The notes under the pieces were generated by a model. The model saw only the letters and a list, made by a program, of their open reading frames with translations, had not been told where the DNA came from and made no database searches. This document shows, piece after piece, positions 1 through 11,670 of a stretch of DNA of 64,000 nucleotides; positions within the stretch are counted from its first letter, which is position 1, and every line of letters starts with the position of its first letter. The DNA comes from Laetmonice hystrix (Eukaryota): NCBI GenBank assembly GCA_965235115.1, contig OZ249436.1:41976001-42040000 (forward strand), written 5' to 3'. Both the position numbers and the translations under genes were made by a program.

Positions 1-605
1 TGACCTTGACCTTCAATTGAAAAAATAACATCAGAATTGGATTGATTCTACACACCCAAAAACCCCTAAAAAGACGTATTATACATCATTCTAATGCAAG
101 TGGTTCAAAAGTTAAATTTTCAAGGTGGTGTTGGGCGGCCACCTTGAATTTGAAATGACCTTGACCTTCAATTGAAAAGATAACATCAAAAATGGATTCT
201 ACATGCCCAAAAACCCCTAAAAAGACGTACCGTATTATACATCATTCTAAGGCAAGTGGTTCAAAAGTTAAATTTTCAAGGTGGCGTTGGGCGGCCATCT
301 TGAATTTGACCTGACCTTGACCTTAAATTGATAAAATAACATCAGAAATGGATTCTACATACCCAAAACCCCCTAAAATGACGTATTATACATCATTCTA
401 AAGCAAGTGGTTCAAAAGTTAAATTTTCAAGGTAGCGTTGGGCGGCCATCTCGAATTTGACCTGACCTTGACCTTCAATTGAAAAAATAACATCAGAAAT
501 GGATTCTACATACCCGAAAACCCCTAAAATGATGTATTATACATCATTCTAAGGCAAGTGGTTCAAAAGTTAAATTTTCAAGGTGGCGTTGGGCGGCCAT
601 CTTGG
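1..605. repeat. Tandem repeat, ~152-156 bp unit, about 4 copies (truncated by window edge), TGACCTTGACC-type; probably the internal array of a non-autonomous element
   Basis: Unit tgaccttgaccttcaattga...gggcggccatcttgaatttgacc restarts at 1, 157, ~312, ~463; followed by a perfect 10-bp-stem hairpin ttgcccaaag-ttgcc-ctttgggcaa (626-650). Lies in a TM9SF3 intron. Confidence 0.9.
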
Positions 606-1188
606 ATTTATGCAGATTACGAGATTTGCCCAAAGTTGCCCTTTGGGCAACCAAGTTGAATTTGTTCTAGGACCCCATTAGAGTATAAATCAACAAAAAA
701 AAATCACAGGAAAGAACATTTCTAGGTTGGTGTATTGAACACATAGGACTGTCAACTGGACTACTTGCTCACGGTGGAAAAGTAAACAAAAAAAATGGGC
801 CCTGGTTACTGACTCTCTGTTGTCAACCATCAAGTCAGTGCCTTTTTCTTCAAACACAAAGAGATAATTGTATGAAAGTAAATTACACTTAACTTCACCT
901 GTAGTTTTTTTATTCATCTCCAAATCATCACATAAAAGTATGGCACACTTCAAATAATAGTGAATTATTTCAGTGTAACCATATTTAATTGTCATGTCTC
1001 ATGAACAGGTTTCAAATTTTAAATCATCATTTCATTACCGGTACAGAAAGGCATTTCCTATCTGAAATGGAATTTCCAATGTGGACCAGAAAAAAACAGA
1101 ATTTTCACAATTTTGTGCCAATATAATTTAAATGGATTTGTCCAAGCCAATTTGAGTGTTTTACTACTTTTCTCAAATTTATACTTAC

Positions 1189-4100
1189 CCCAAATTGGTA
1201 GATCATCAATGTACATTTGGTACCAATAATGGTTCTTGACGGCATACACAAAAGCCTGATACTTCTCTTCAGTAAGAGTTACCTCACAGTATTGTGTTTT
1301 GGCTACATCAGCTGAAACAAAAATGAAAAGAAAGCGTCATCAAGGCAGCTATCACTCTGAAAACTTGAAAGAAATGAATGAAAGGCTGGTCTAGAATAGG
1401 AGGTAGGAAAACTAAATTATACAAAGCCATGGCTATCACAATATTTATGACAAGTACAAAATACTAGTCATCAATCTCCACATTGGTCAAACTATGGTCT
1501 GTTGAGTCTTAGAAGATCCCGGGTATATTCATGAGCTCCCACCCCATTACAGTTTACATAAGGTTGAATTAGGTCGGTTGTAGCCAATGTGATGAAAGCA
1601 GAAACTAGGTCAACATTCTTTATTCCAGAAATGTTTTATACATGTGCACAATTAAACACGCCCATGGAGAAGGTACGGTATTCACTGTATACAAATGACC
1701 GGTGACTGGCTGGAAAATCATGTGTACAAATAAGTATTTGCTTAAATTACGATTTGTATGTGTCTTCATGATAACAAACCATATGACAGACGTTCTGTGG
1801 TTGCCATTCCCCAAACAAATACAAAAACTTTAGATAGCAGTACAATGTACAAGTTTTGGATGTGGAGACATGTATAAAGTTTTACTTTTCAAATTTCAAG
1901 ATACTGGCTTGTCTGCTGCAAGTATTTCAAATATTGACGGGAAAAAAAGAATAAACGTGCCATGGGCAAGGTAGTAAAAAAATCCCATCATGTGGCAGGG
2001 TACCAGGAACAAATCGAACCTCCTGACTTGGCAGCATTCCCCTTCGGGGCTGTAAATATCGTGTATTTGCGTGGCCTGTGTCAGCCATGCTGACAACCAA
2101 AAACTGATATGTACAGGTTTACATGGAAACGTCCACGTCCAAGTAGAACTAGAAGCCTTGCATACACTAAAAGTGACCCAAGGTGGAACAAGTCTTGGAA
2201 GTTCTGTGTGACGTATTTTGCACAGCCTATGCTGCAGTCACAGCTACAGCAACTGAACTTCAGAGCAATTTTTCACACTTGTGGTCTATTACAGTAAGAA
2301 AATTTGTAAGTTGTGGTAATGTTGTCAAGCAACTTACTGTTAAACTTAAAGGCTTTCGCCTTGCCCATCCCCTATTGGAATGTGAATGTCTTTTGGCCTA
2401 TAGGGATGATCAGATAGATGTTCCCGACGAACTGTCAATATTTTCCGGTGAAAGGAAACATTTTAATTAAATTGAAATAATGTTAGCCAGTAGTCAAGGT
2501 TCTTTTTGCGAGGACAACCAAATATTGTGTGAGGACAACTTCACTTATCTGGTTGTTCTCCAGACCCTGTCAGTTTTTTACTTTTTACAGCCCTGCAAAC
2601 TTTTGAAGTGGGAGGGGGCATAACACCCTCGCCCACCGATTCAGGTGCCAATGTCATTGGCCAAAGGCTCTCTGTACACTTTTTCAAGTGAAAAAGTGGC
2701 AGCGAACATCACAACAAAGAATGCACATTGCTAATGCTTGGTCAATGCAGACATTGACCACCGACATGTTTGTCTACCTGCCAGAACACAGGGGATGATC
2801 TTCTTAACATCTGACATTGTTAAATGTCCATTATTGTACAGGACTGATCCAGTGCGCATCCTCAATCTGATCATGTTGGAAGAATATGACACTGTGTTAT
2901 TTTTGTCACATCGAAAAAGAACACAAAGGAAGGGGTAAACTGGTTTTGTTTTGGCCTTACCTCTGAAGTCAATATCCAAGCCACTAAACTCTAGTTCCAC
3001 CCCCTGCAGGGCTTCACCAAGTGTCTCATGGTAATGGCTGATAGTCTGCTTTGGCCCAGCACAGAAAGGCAAGGAAAAGTACTCGTACGTCTCCTGCCTG
3101 TTGTGGTATGGTCCTACTGTATTCATCCACAGGACCACCTCCTCACCTTCATCATACTGAAAATAGAAAACATACACAGTTAACTAAACAACCCACAGTT
3201 AAACACACCTTATACATAATAAAACGATATCCATCGACATGATAATCATAAAATCATCATGTCATGTCGTTTAACCCCACTGGATCCAACCACGGAATTT
3301 TGCTAGCACTTAGTGATTAGCACCATGCATCATCAGCACCATGACGGTAGCGCCATGCTGCTCGGTCTGGCGTCCCTAGCACTGGCTGCTGAGTCTCGAC
3401 CTCCGTACATGGGTTAAGATTAAGATTCAGGATACGGTTAGTTTTATAAGTAGGAGGCCCCAGCGGACGGGTACGACATCCATGTGGCTTGCCACCTCCC
3501 ATACCCGGCAGAGGGAGTGGGGCGCACCGCTCTCAAAACACAGTATTGCAGCCAACGCATGGCGTACCCTAAAGGCCGCCGCACACGACGAACATATTCG
3601 CGAACATTTGTTCACGAACAAAAATCCGCTCAGACAATTATTGTTTGCGAACAATTGTTCGTCGGTATTCGACATGCAGATGTTTAACAGAAATTCGTGG
3701 TTCGCCGCAGACGACGAACATTTGTTCGGAAATATTAAACATGTTGAATACCGACGAACAATTGTTTGTTCCCGTTTGTTCGGCGTTTTGATCACCGCAC
3801 ACGAGCGGATTTTTGTTCGTGAAAAATGTGCGGCGGCCTTAAGTGGACACTGTCATGGTTTGTTATGCTCTTATTATCGCTCGATGTCGTATCGGTTCCC
3901 ATTTCGATTCAGCAGGTTCTGAACTCTCTTCCTAAAGGCATCATGGAGCTAAGAAGAGCTCATAAACGGCACATTTCTTTTAACCCATTAAGGACGGGTG
4001 ATGCCTTGAGGCATTCCCGGGCGGGGGCCGGATGATGCCCTGAGGCATTCCCAGGCGGGGGCCGGATGATGCCTCGAGGCATCATTTGACTTACGTCAGA

Positions 4101-7100
4101 GCCCATTGTGTATAGAGCGACAGGGCAGCGCTGTGACGTAACGTCACAATTCAGTGCTAGCTGCGCTGGACCTAGACCAACTCTAGACTCAATTCCCTAC
4201 TTTTGTCTAAAACATGGATCATTTTTCTGGATATGACAGTGATTGGAAGCATGGAAGGCAATCCGTTATCACATGTGGCCGCCCAGAATGGCCCGTCCTT
4301 ACGGCACATTCACGCAATTGTTACGTCATCACTAGTGCACGTCTCGGCCACAAGGGGCCCGTCTCGAAAGGGTTAATAAGAGGACGAACGTGATGTAAAA
4401 ATGGCATAGGGAGAACCCTGACTACCATAATGCAGGGCTCTCGATGACCCGAGGTCTCGGGTCAAATATGCACGAAGTGTGTAGTCTGACGCACAATAAA
4501 AACCAGCAGGAGTCAGTTCGACGCACGAAGATTTCCCCAATTTTGACCCCCAGACTAGAGAATGGTATGCTGGGTTACAACCCTCCACCGCAAAAGGCAT
4601 GCATAATGACTGAAATAAATAAAAACGCTCTCGTCGAGTGGCCAATTTCAAATCTACATATGAGCACACTCAACAACACGTTGACTACGAGTTTAGATTA
4701 GACAAAAATACTGGCATGCATTTGACTCTTCAAAGTTGTGAACTGACCATGCTTGACCCCTGACTTTTGAGGGTTGACCCCCCCCCCCCCAAAAAAAAGA
4801 ATAGACAGAAGTCTCTGACCCTTCTACTGAAAACTCCAGTGAGAGCCCTGATAATGTATACGGCAAGTCGGCAGTCAGAGACAGAGAACTTGTTGTAACA
4901 ATAGGTAATAAGTTCTCTAAGGCCCAATCAGCAGTTATACATTGCTGGCTGAGACTAGAGCAAGAATATCATAAGTGCAAAATAGATATTTTGAGAACTG
5001 GCATTATTGCCAGCGAGTGTTGCATGTTATCTTTTTCACTTAACTCCAGTTACATAATTCCGACCTTCTAGTGGCACAAGGCAGCACCTGCTACAGATTC
5101 CTGTGGGGTTATATAGTTCGGATTATTCCGACCTTCTAGTGGGACAAGGCAGCACCTGTGCCTGTGGGTTGAATGGCTGTGCTGCAGTGTGCAGTAGCCA
5201 CGTGGAGGGTGTCCGGTGAGTAACCCTAACACCTAAACTCGCCCTGCTGGCTAGTACACTTACAGCAGGGCCTAGTAGGTCAAATGCAAAGGTACAACTA
5301 ACAAGCCTGAGATTAACAGGCAGCAGTCGTCTCCGCCCGTCGTACTGGCCTAGGCCTACTCGCCGCCGGGGCAGGCCAGGCCAGGCACCACAGCCGACTG
5401 CCCACAGCACCGTGGGCGTGGCGTGCTTAGCCATAGTAGGCCTACCATTATACGCCTGTAGGCCTATGACAATTTGGAGTTAAACCTCGCGATTTTATCC
5501 GGATGAGATACAGGCCGGGCTTTCAACTTTTCCACCTTATGTCTGGAACCTAGGTGTGTCCCGTAGCCTGCTAATTTTTTTTTTTTTGGGGGGGGGGGGG
5601 GGGTTGCCAGGCCCTCTACGCCGGGGAGCAGAGATGTTGGTGCCGGGGATGGAGAATACTTGGCGGAGAAGTCTGGGTACCGCTCATTTCACTAAAACTG
5701 TATGAGCCCATATACCGGGCCTTAATAGCACATAAATGAGAAAGAGTACAGACCTGGGGTGCGTTTCAATATAGCCCAAAGATATAGGGAACCGAAGTAG
5801 GTCACGAGATGTTGCGTTACAACGCGATAAAAGTCGATTTTGTTGACACGTCATTATCGCTCACGCTTGTTTAGCATTGCGCTGGCCATAGGGAACGGCG
5901 ACTGCCAACTTCAACTTGCGATTTCTCTGTAATTATGCTGTCCTTTGTAATGAAACCTTCCCAGATATTTTTATCAACCTGTTTTATACTTGAATAGATA
6001 AATTTGATACATAACAGCACAAAAATCTTCAAGACTGGGCCGATCTTTGAAACGATGTCTGTCCCTCCTATGTTAAACCAATGGGGAAATTTGTGACGTA
6101 ACATTTGGCCTTTTTTTTGGGTGTCAACATTGACGCTCCATTTGTACCTCCTATCCAGAAAATCTGTAACTGTGCCGCGAGACTTCGGCGCCCTATAGAG
6201 AAAACCTCGCTGGAGCCAGGTGCGAGGTTTTTACTGAAACACTCCCTCTCCCCCCATCCAGACTGCACTAGTCCAAAAGATATCTTTGGCAAAGATATCT
6301 TTTGATATTGAAACGCACCACTGGGAAGTAGGTTTAAACGGATGACATAATGTACCCCCAAAATAGAAATAATATTGGACATTTAGAAATTTCAATAATA
6401 TTTTTCATATTTAATTGTCAGTTATTTGAAATCCAATTAGGAACACAAAATTCGAATGGCCTATTCCATTGACCTTTAACTCGCCCTGCTGGCTAGTACT
6501 AGTAGGTCATTTCCCCCAATTTTCACCTAGGTGCTAAGAGAATGCAAAATAATTATGACTGCCAACTAAGCTAAGGTTAATATGGTTCTGGGCTAGCAAT
6601 ATCCCATTGACACTCCCCCCCCCCCCCCCCCTCCCTCCCTGAGGCCTGAGGCTGAGCTGAGCCTGAGGCAGTAAACTACAGAAATCGACTAAGTTAAACA
6701 CGTCTTCTGAGACTGTCTAAGGCCAGTCAGGGCTGTCCATCCGTCGCATTGTCGCAAAGGATGTGCGACACAGACCATAAAAATTGCGACATCGGCTTTA
6801 TCAACGAATGTTTTAACTGTCTGTCGCAATCCAGACACTTTCCTCCACCCAGTTAGAATTCTGCTCTGGGATTTTCAACTGTGGCCAGCCGTGACAGTGA
6901 GTGAGATGATGGGCAAAGTTAGGGTTTCAAAGTTTGTTAGTAAATATAATGAAACTACGGCCTGGCTATTCACAACATCCCAACTCTGCCAACACTTGAC
7001 TACACAGTAACACTGTGACCTGTCACTGGCTACAGTGGCAGTGGCCGTGGCAGTGTTCAATGAAGGTCCACTGATCTGTAGACTGTAACATCGGTCCGCG

Positions 7101-7603
7101 AACTTCCAGCCACGAAACGGAAGGCCTAGCAGGCATTAATTCGAGCCATCTTCGATGAAGAGAATGATGTGTTGCAGTCATAAATCATAAGAGGGAGTTA
7201 ACCCACTCTTTGTGACGGCACCACTAGTCCGTCCGAATATTACCATTCGTGTGTTCCAGTCAAACCCAGACAAACGTCAAAATTCCACGCAAACCAAAAC
7301 AGACCGCCACGCCCCAAAACCACATCATTCCTGGGTGTTGATGACCAGAAAATACAAAGGACAACAGTGCAACTGAATGAGAAAGCTTGACGACCAATTT
7401 TACATGTTGACGAAACACTGCCGAACCAAAATTACGTGTAAATCTTTGCAAAGTACATTATCAATGCCGGCTACGGTATTCGGAGAAATTGCCTTGGTAT
7501 TTCTAGGGGAAGGTATACTTACTGCGTGATTGTGCTCGTCCGCTTCTACATGGTATGCGACAACTAAAAGAACGCATAAAAATCTCAAAGCTTTGAGGTT
7601 CAT
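1189..7603 (-). CDS. TM9SF3: Transmembrane 9 superfamily member 3, 5' part (coding exons 1-3); gene continues beyond the left edge of the window
   Basis: Exons 7603-7523 (81 nt, signal peptide [27 protein letters not shown]), 3156-2961 (196 nt, [32 protein letters not shown]...[11 protein letters not shown]), 1311-1189 (123 nt, ...[22 protein letters not shown]). All GT-AG with compatible phases 0/1/1; peptide recognisable as the TM9SF3 N-terminal lumenal domain. Confidence 0.96.
3573..3839. mobile_element. PIF/Harbinger-like (Tourist-type) MITE
   Basis: Perfect 13-bp TIR aggccgccgcaca (3573-3585) / tgtgcggcggcct (3827-3839); TAA target-site duplication at 3570-3572 and 3840-3842; internal cgaaca/tgttcg repeats. 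Confidence 0.85.
3984..4372. mobile_element. piggyBac-like non-autonomous element
   Basis: TTAA (3980-3983) CCC...GGG TTAA (4373-4376); imperfect 15-bp TIR cccattaaggacggg vs ccctttcgagacggg (11/15); internal ~34-bp tandem repeat gatgccttgaggcattcccgggcgggggccggat. Confidence 0.75.
4433..4850. mobile_element. hAT-like MITE with 6-bp target-site duplication
   Basis: 10-bp perfect TIR cagggctctc (4433-4442) / gagagccctg (4841-4850); ataatg directly flanks both ends. Confidence 0.6.
5757..6320. mobile_element. PIF/Harbinger-like MITE (CWG target)
   Basis: 15-bp perfect inverted match ggtgcgtttcaatat / atattgaaacgcacc at the ends; CTG on both flanks (5754-5756, 6321-6323). Confidence 0.8.
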
Positions 7604-7687
7604 TTTGAATGTCTGAAGAGTCGCGATGTTAAGCTTTATAGATCGATGATAACAGATTTTTCAGAGTAACGCCATCGAATATTTCCT

Positions 7688-7719
7688 AAAATGGCGGAAG
7701 TAGATAGCCAGCCACGTCA
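7688..7719. promoter_or_regulatory. Putative TM9SF3 core promoter motifs: YY1/ETS-like AAATGGCGGAAG and UPRE/CRE-like TGACGTGG (minus strand)
   Basis: aaatggcggaag 7689-7700 and ccacgtca 7712-7719, ~85-115 bp upstream of the TM9SF3 ATG; motif match only. Confidence 0.4.
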
Positions 7720-7867
7720 CCTGCGCACTTCACGGGATAGACGAGACTTCAACGTTTCACTCGATTACCACCAGACGGCGGTAGGCGAGTGTCAGAAATC
7801 CCGATAGAGGTCACGATTGTAGCTCTACCCGCCTTCCACCAGAAGCACATAGCATAGCACAGATCAG

Positions 7868-8735
7868 CAGGCCCGTAGCCAGGGGGTGTTTGGGGTGTTC
7901 GAACGGACCACCCCCTGGACCCATGGTCCCCCCTGACAGGGGGATCCGGTCCCCCTGACAGTGCGCGAAAGGGGGATCCGGTCCCCCTTCAGACACAGTG
8001 ATCAGATGGGGGGGGGGGGGGTCGTGGGTCCAGCTCGTCTCTGCAGCAGGGCACGTCCACCTTTGACCAACCCCCAGACCCCCGGGGGGTGTCCAGGGGG
8101 TCTGGACCCCCCTTTTTTGGTCAGGAAATTGCGTTTCTTTGCTTTCTAAATTCAAAAATTTTCGGGGGAGGACCCCTACCTCGATCCGACCCGTGCATGT
8201 TATTGGTAGACTAAGCCTGGCTGCTTTCAGAAACTTCACAATTTCTGTGCAAGGAAATAGCGTTTTTTTTTTTTTTTTGCTTTCTAAATTCAAATCTTCT
8301 ACCCCTAAGCATGAACCATGACATTAGGTCGTAACATATTGGACCCCCCCCCCCTTCAAAAAGCTGGCATCTCCCGACCTCTAAATGCATTGAGGAACTT
8401 TAGAAATGTTATCTCCAGATGCCAGGAAATAGCGTTTTGGGGTGTTTTTTTTTTTTTGCCTTCTGAATTCAAAAATTTTCTGGGGTCTCACTACACATTT
8501 AAACTTCACAATTTCTATCTACAGATGCCGGAAAATAGCAGGGGGGTTACCTTCTGAAAATCAAAAATTTTCTGGGGGAGGACCCCTAGACCCCTGCGCA
8601 TGTTCACTTCCCCTTTCGTGCAGTGCTGCATGGATCCACTGAACTGCTCCCACCCCCAGTCCGGGCATCCTGTCGGTCCCCCTTTGGTCCTCCAACGAAC
8701 CACCCCCTCTGCATGGATAGCTGGCTACGGGCCTG
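7868..8735. mobile_element. hAT-like non-autonomous element
   Basis: 15-bp perfect TIR caggcccgtagccag / ctggctacgggcctg; flanks cagatcag and cagatcta (6/8 identical, decayed 8-bp TSD); internal GGACCCCC and ttctaaattcaaaaatttt repeats. An orphan copy of the right TIR sits at 9559-9573. Confidence 0.8.
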
Positions 8736-9834
8736 CAGATCTATATTCTATAATAGCGAATTCGACAGCAAAAGAATTTCTTATAGGCATAGGCATATTT
8801 CTTACAATAAGATGGACCCTTGATATTAATCTATCTGGAGCTCTATTACGTCCCGAGGCGTAATCTAACGTGGAGTAGGCATAGGCCTAGCCGGGCCTAG
8901 CCGTTTAGGCTATCTAGGCTATCTATAGTATAGGCCGAGGCGCCAATAGGCCTACTTTATAGTTTATTGCGACTATATTTGACATATCCAAGCGCGCCCC
9001 TCCCCCCAAATAAAAAAACATTAGTGGGACTTTTTTTTATTTATAGATTTTCCTTATCGTGCGGGCGGGGCAGAGGGGCGCTACCTCACAAACACAATTG
9101 TTCCCCCTCCCCTAATTACTATATTAATTAGGCCTAGGCATTTCGAGTAGTCTCTTTCAGAGAAGTCTGGTGTAACGATTAAAATAAACTACGGTTGGAA
9201 TTAAACTGCATAGTTTATTTGGAACATATATAATAAACTACGGTAGTTTATTTTTACCGTGCACAGAAAAACTATAGGCCTACTCGCATGACAATAAAAG
9301 TACGGTAGTTTGTTTGCAATGAATTTTTTAAATATAAAAAAAACTACCGTATTTTTTATACATTGAAAGAAAACTACCGGAGTCTTTTTTAACGTGTAAA
9401 AAAACTATAGAGAAATCATGAAGAGCTTTTAAGAACAAAATTCTTTATACATGGAATCAAGGCCTCCAAAAATCTATTCAACCGAAATGTGGACCTCTAC
9501 GTGCGCTGCACATGTAGAGGTCCACATTTTCTAAACGGACACCCTCCCAAAAAATGCTCTGGCTACGGGCCTGTGAACGTTTAAAATTGGTCTTAGGCAG
9601 TCTTTAAAGTACTGGTTGAAATAATCGGTAATAGTTTATTTAGTGTTAAAAAATAAAAGAAAATAAATAAAAAATAAATAAAAATAATAATAAATTAACC
9701 ATGATGATAGTTATTTTGGAACTTCCTAACAGACTAGTACTTTTAGACAAAGAAGAAAAGAGCGATCTGAGCATGTTGTTATATTTCAAATAAACTATAG
9801 CAGTTTCTTACGGTGGCTGGGAAAGGACATGCAA

Positions 9835-10325
9835 TTTTTTTTCCTTTTCCCCGACTTTTCACTGCCTTTTCCCCTCGACTTTTCACTTCCTTTTTCACGA
9901 CTTTTTGCATTTTGTTAAAATAAATGCCACTTCAATTTTCCTGACTTTTCACCTTTGTTTCCCGACTTTTCACTTTCGTTTTCCCGACTTTTTTGCATTT
10001 TGTTACATTGACTTATAGGCCTAATTTAATTCAATTTATAAAAATTAATTTGACACTTCCGAAAATGGAAAGTCAAGAAAACGGATGTGAAAACACGGGA
10101 AAACAAAGTGATTTATTTTTTACATAATGTAAAAAAACTGGAAAAAGGGAAGTGAAAACTCAGGAAAATGGAAGTTGAAAAGTCGGGAAAACGGAAGTGA
10201 ATTTTTCCTTACATAAAGCAAAGAAGGTGGGAAGTATAGAAACTCAGGGAAAAGAAAGTGAAAATTCCGGAAAAAAGGAGGTAAAAATATCTTAATTGTG
10301 AACAAAATGCAAAAAGTAGGAAAAC
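9835..10325. mobile_element. Degenerate foldback (palindromic) element built of short subrepeats
   Basis: Left arm repeats ttttcccgacttttcact and actttttgcattttgtt; right arm carries their reverse complements (gaaaagtcgggaaaa ~10177, aacaaaatgcaaaaagt ~10301); centre ~10015-10050. Confidence 0.6.
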
Positions 10326-11429
10326 CTATGATATAGTATATTTAACAATAAATTAGTTTACTGCTTGATATAAACTGTGGTAGTTTTTTCTAAACATTTA
10401 AATTAAACAAGTTTTTTCAACATGCAAAGTTAATTTATGACTTCTCTCGGCCATCTGAGCTTTCAGTGGACCCCCTGGGCGCGAACCTCAGAGGCCGATC
10501 CAGGATTTTGGTTGGGGAGGGCGGTAAGAGGGAATTTCAGAAAGTTTTACAGGGGAAAAATCAAAACCGGTTGTCAAGAGGGTTAACCACTCCTAACATC
10601 ATTGGATCCGTTTTTGTTCACCAGAACTTTTAAAATAATCATGGAGAAAAATACTCTCTTTTCGAAAAAAAAGGAGAGAAAAACATAGGTCTCTCCCTCT
10701 CTGTCTCTCTCCCTGGAGCCAAATGGTCTACCGCCTAATGGAAAAGAGCTCTGCTCGGCGAAATTACACCATGCAACCGGAAAGTGCTAATATGTAGTTG
10801 GCCATGCACTTGAATGAAAACCATAGGCAAACCAAATCGTAAGACGTTGATAAGGATCAATTATTAGAGTCCGCTCAGATACCGAGTATGTACATGTGTA
10901 TACCAATCGGAACCTCCCTGGGGCCTGGAACCATGCACGATATGGTCATCTGACCGCGGCTTTGATTCTCGACTGTTTAAATCCAGCCTGCTTCCTGTAA
11001 TGGAGACAGGCTTGGGACACCTGAGTATCGGACTACAGGTAGAATGAATAAAACGCCATGATCCTGAAACAAGATTAAATCTACCGTTCTCACGCTATAG
11101 ACTGTGGTGACCCCATCCCGGCTTCGGTGAGTCATCCGTTAATTTCGGTCTTATAATGAAGATGTAGGACTAACCCTAATTTTTTACATCAATTTCGTCG
11201 GCGTTATAGACATATACCTAGTGCAGCAACTGCCTAAATTCGCGATTGGAATATGTTCTCTGCGGGTGAACAACACCATAACAATACATGAGGGCACTTT
11301 TTCTCCCAATCCTATATAGAGGAATAAAACTGGGAATGAATGATGAAACAACTACAACAATAGTGGCGCCAGTTCCTTTTAAAAGTGTGTGTGTGTGTGG
11401 GGGGGGGGGGCAACTACGGGCAACTCTTG

Positions 11430-11670
11430 ACATTCCTGACCGACAAAAAGTCAGACTTTTTATATTCTTAACTGGTAAAAAGTCAGAGATATTTACAGTG
11501 ATTACTAAAATGTCAGGTTTTAATTCGCGACCACTAAAAAGTCAGAACATCTTCCAGTTTATTTACCGCTAAAAAGTCAGACTCTTGACATTCTTGACCG
11601 ATAGAAAGTAAAAGAGAAATCGTTTCAACCACTAAAAAGTCAGACTTGCTTGCAGTTTTTTTACCACTCG
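11430..11670. repeat. Cluster of AAAAAGTCAGA subrepeats (transposon-derived remnant)
   Basis: aaaaagtcaga and variants recur about six times between 11445 and 11645. Confidence 0.5.

Noticed and set aside
3427..3922. 122-aa and 146-aa ORFs
   Set aside because: They span a 267-bp MITE and its flanks; no transposase or other motif.
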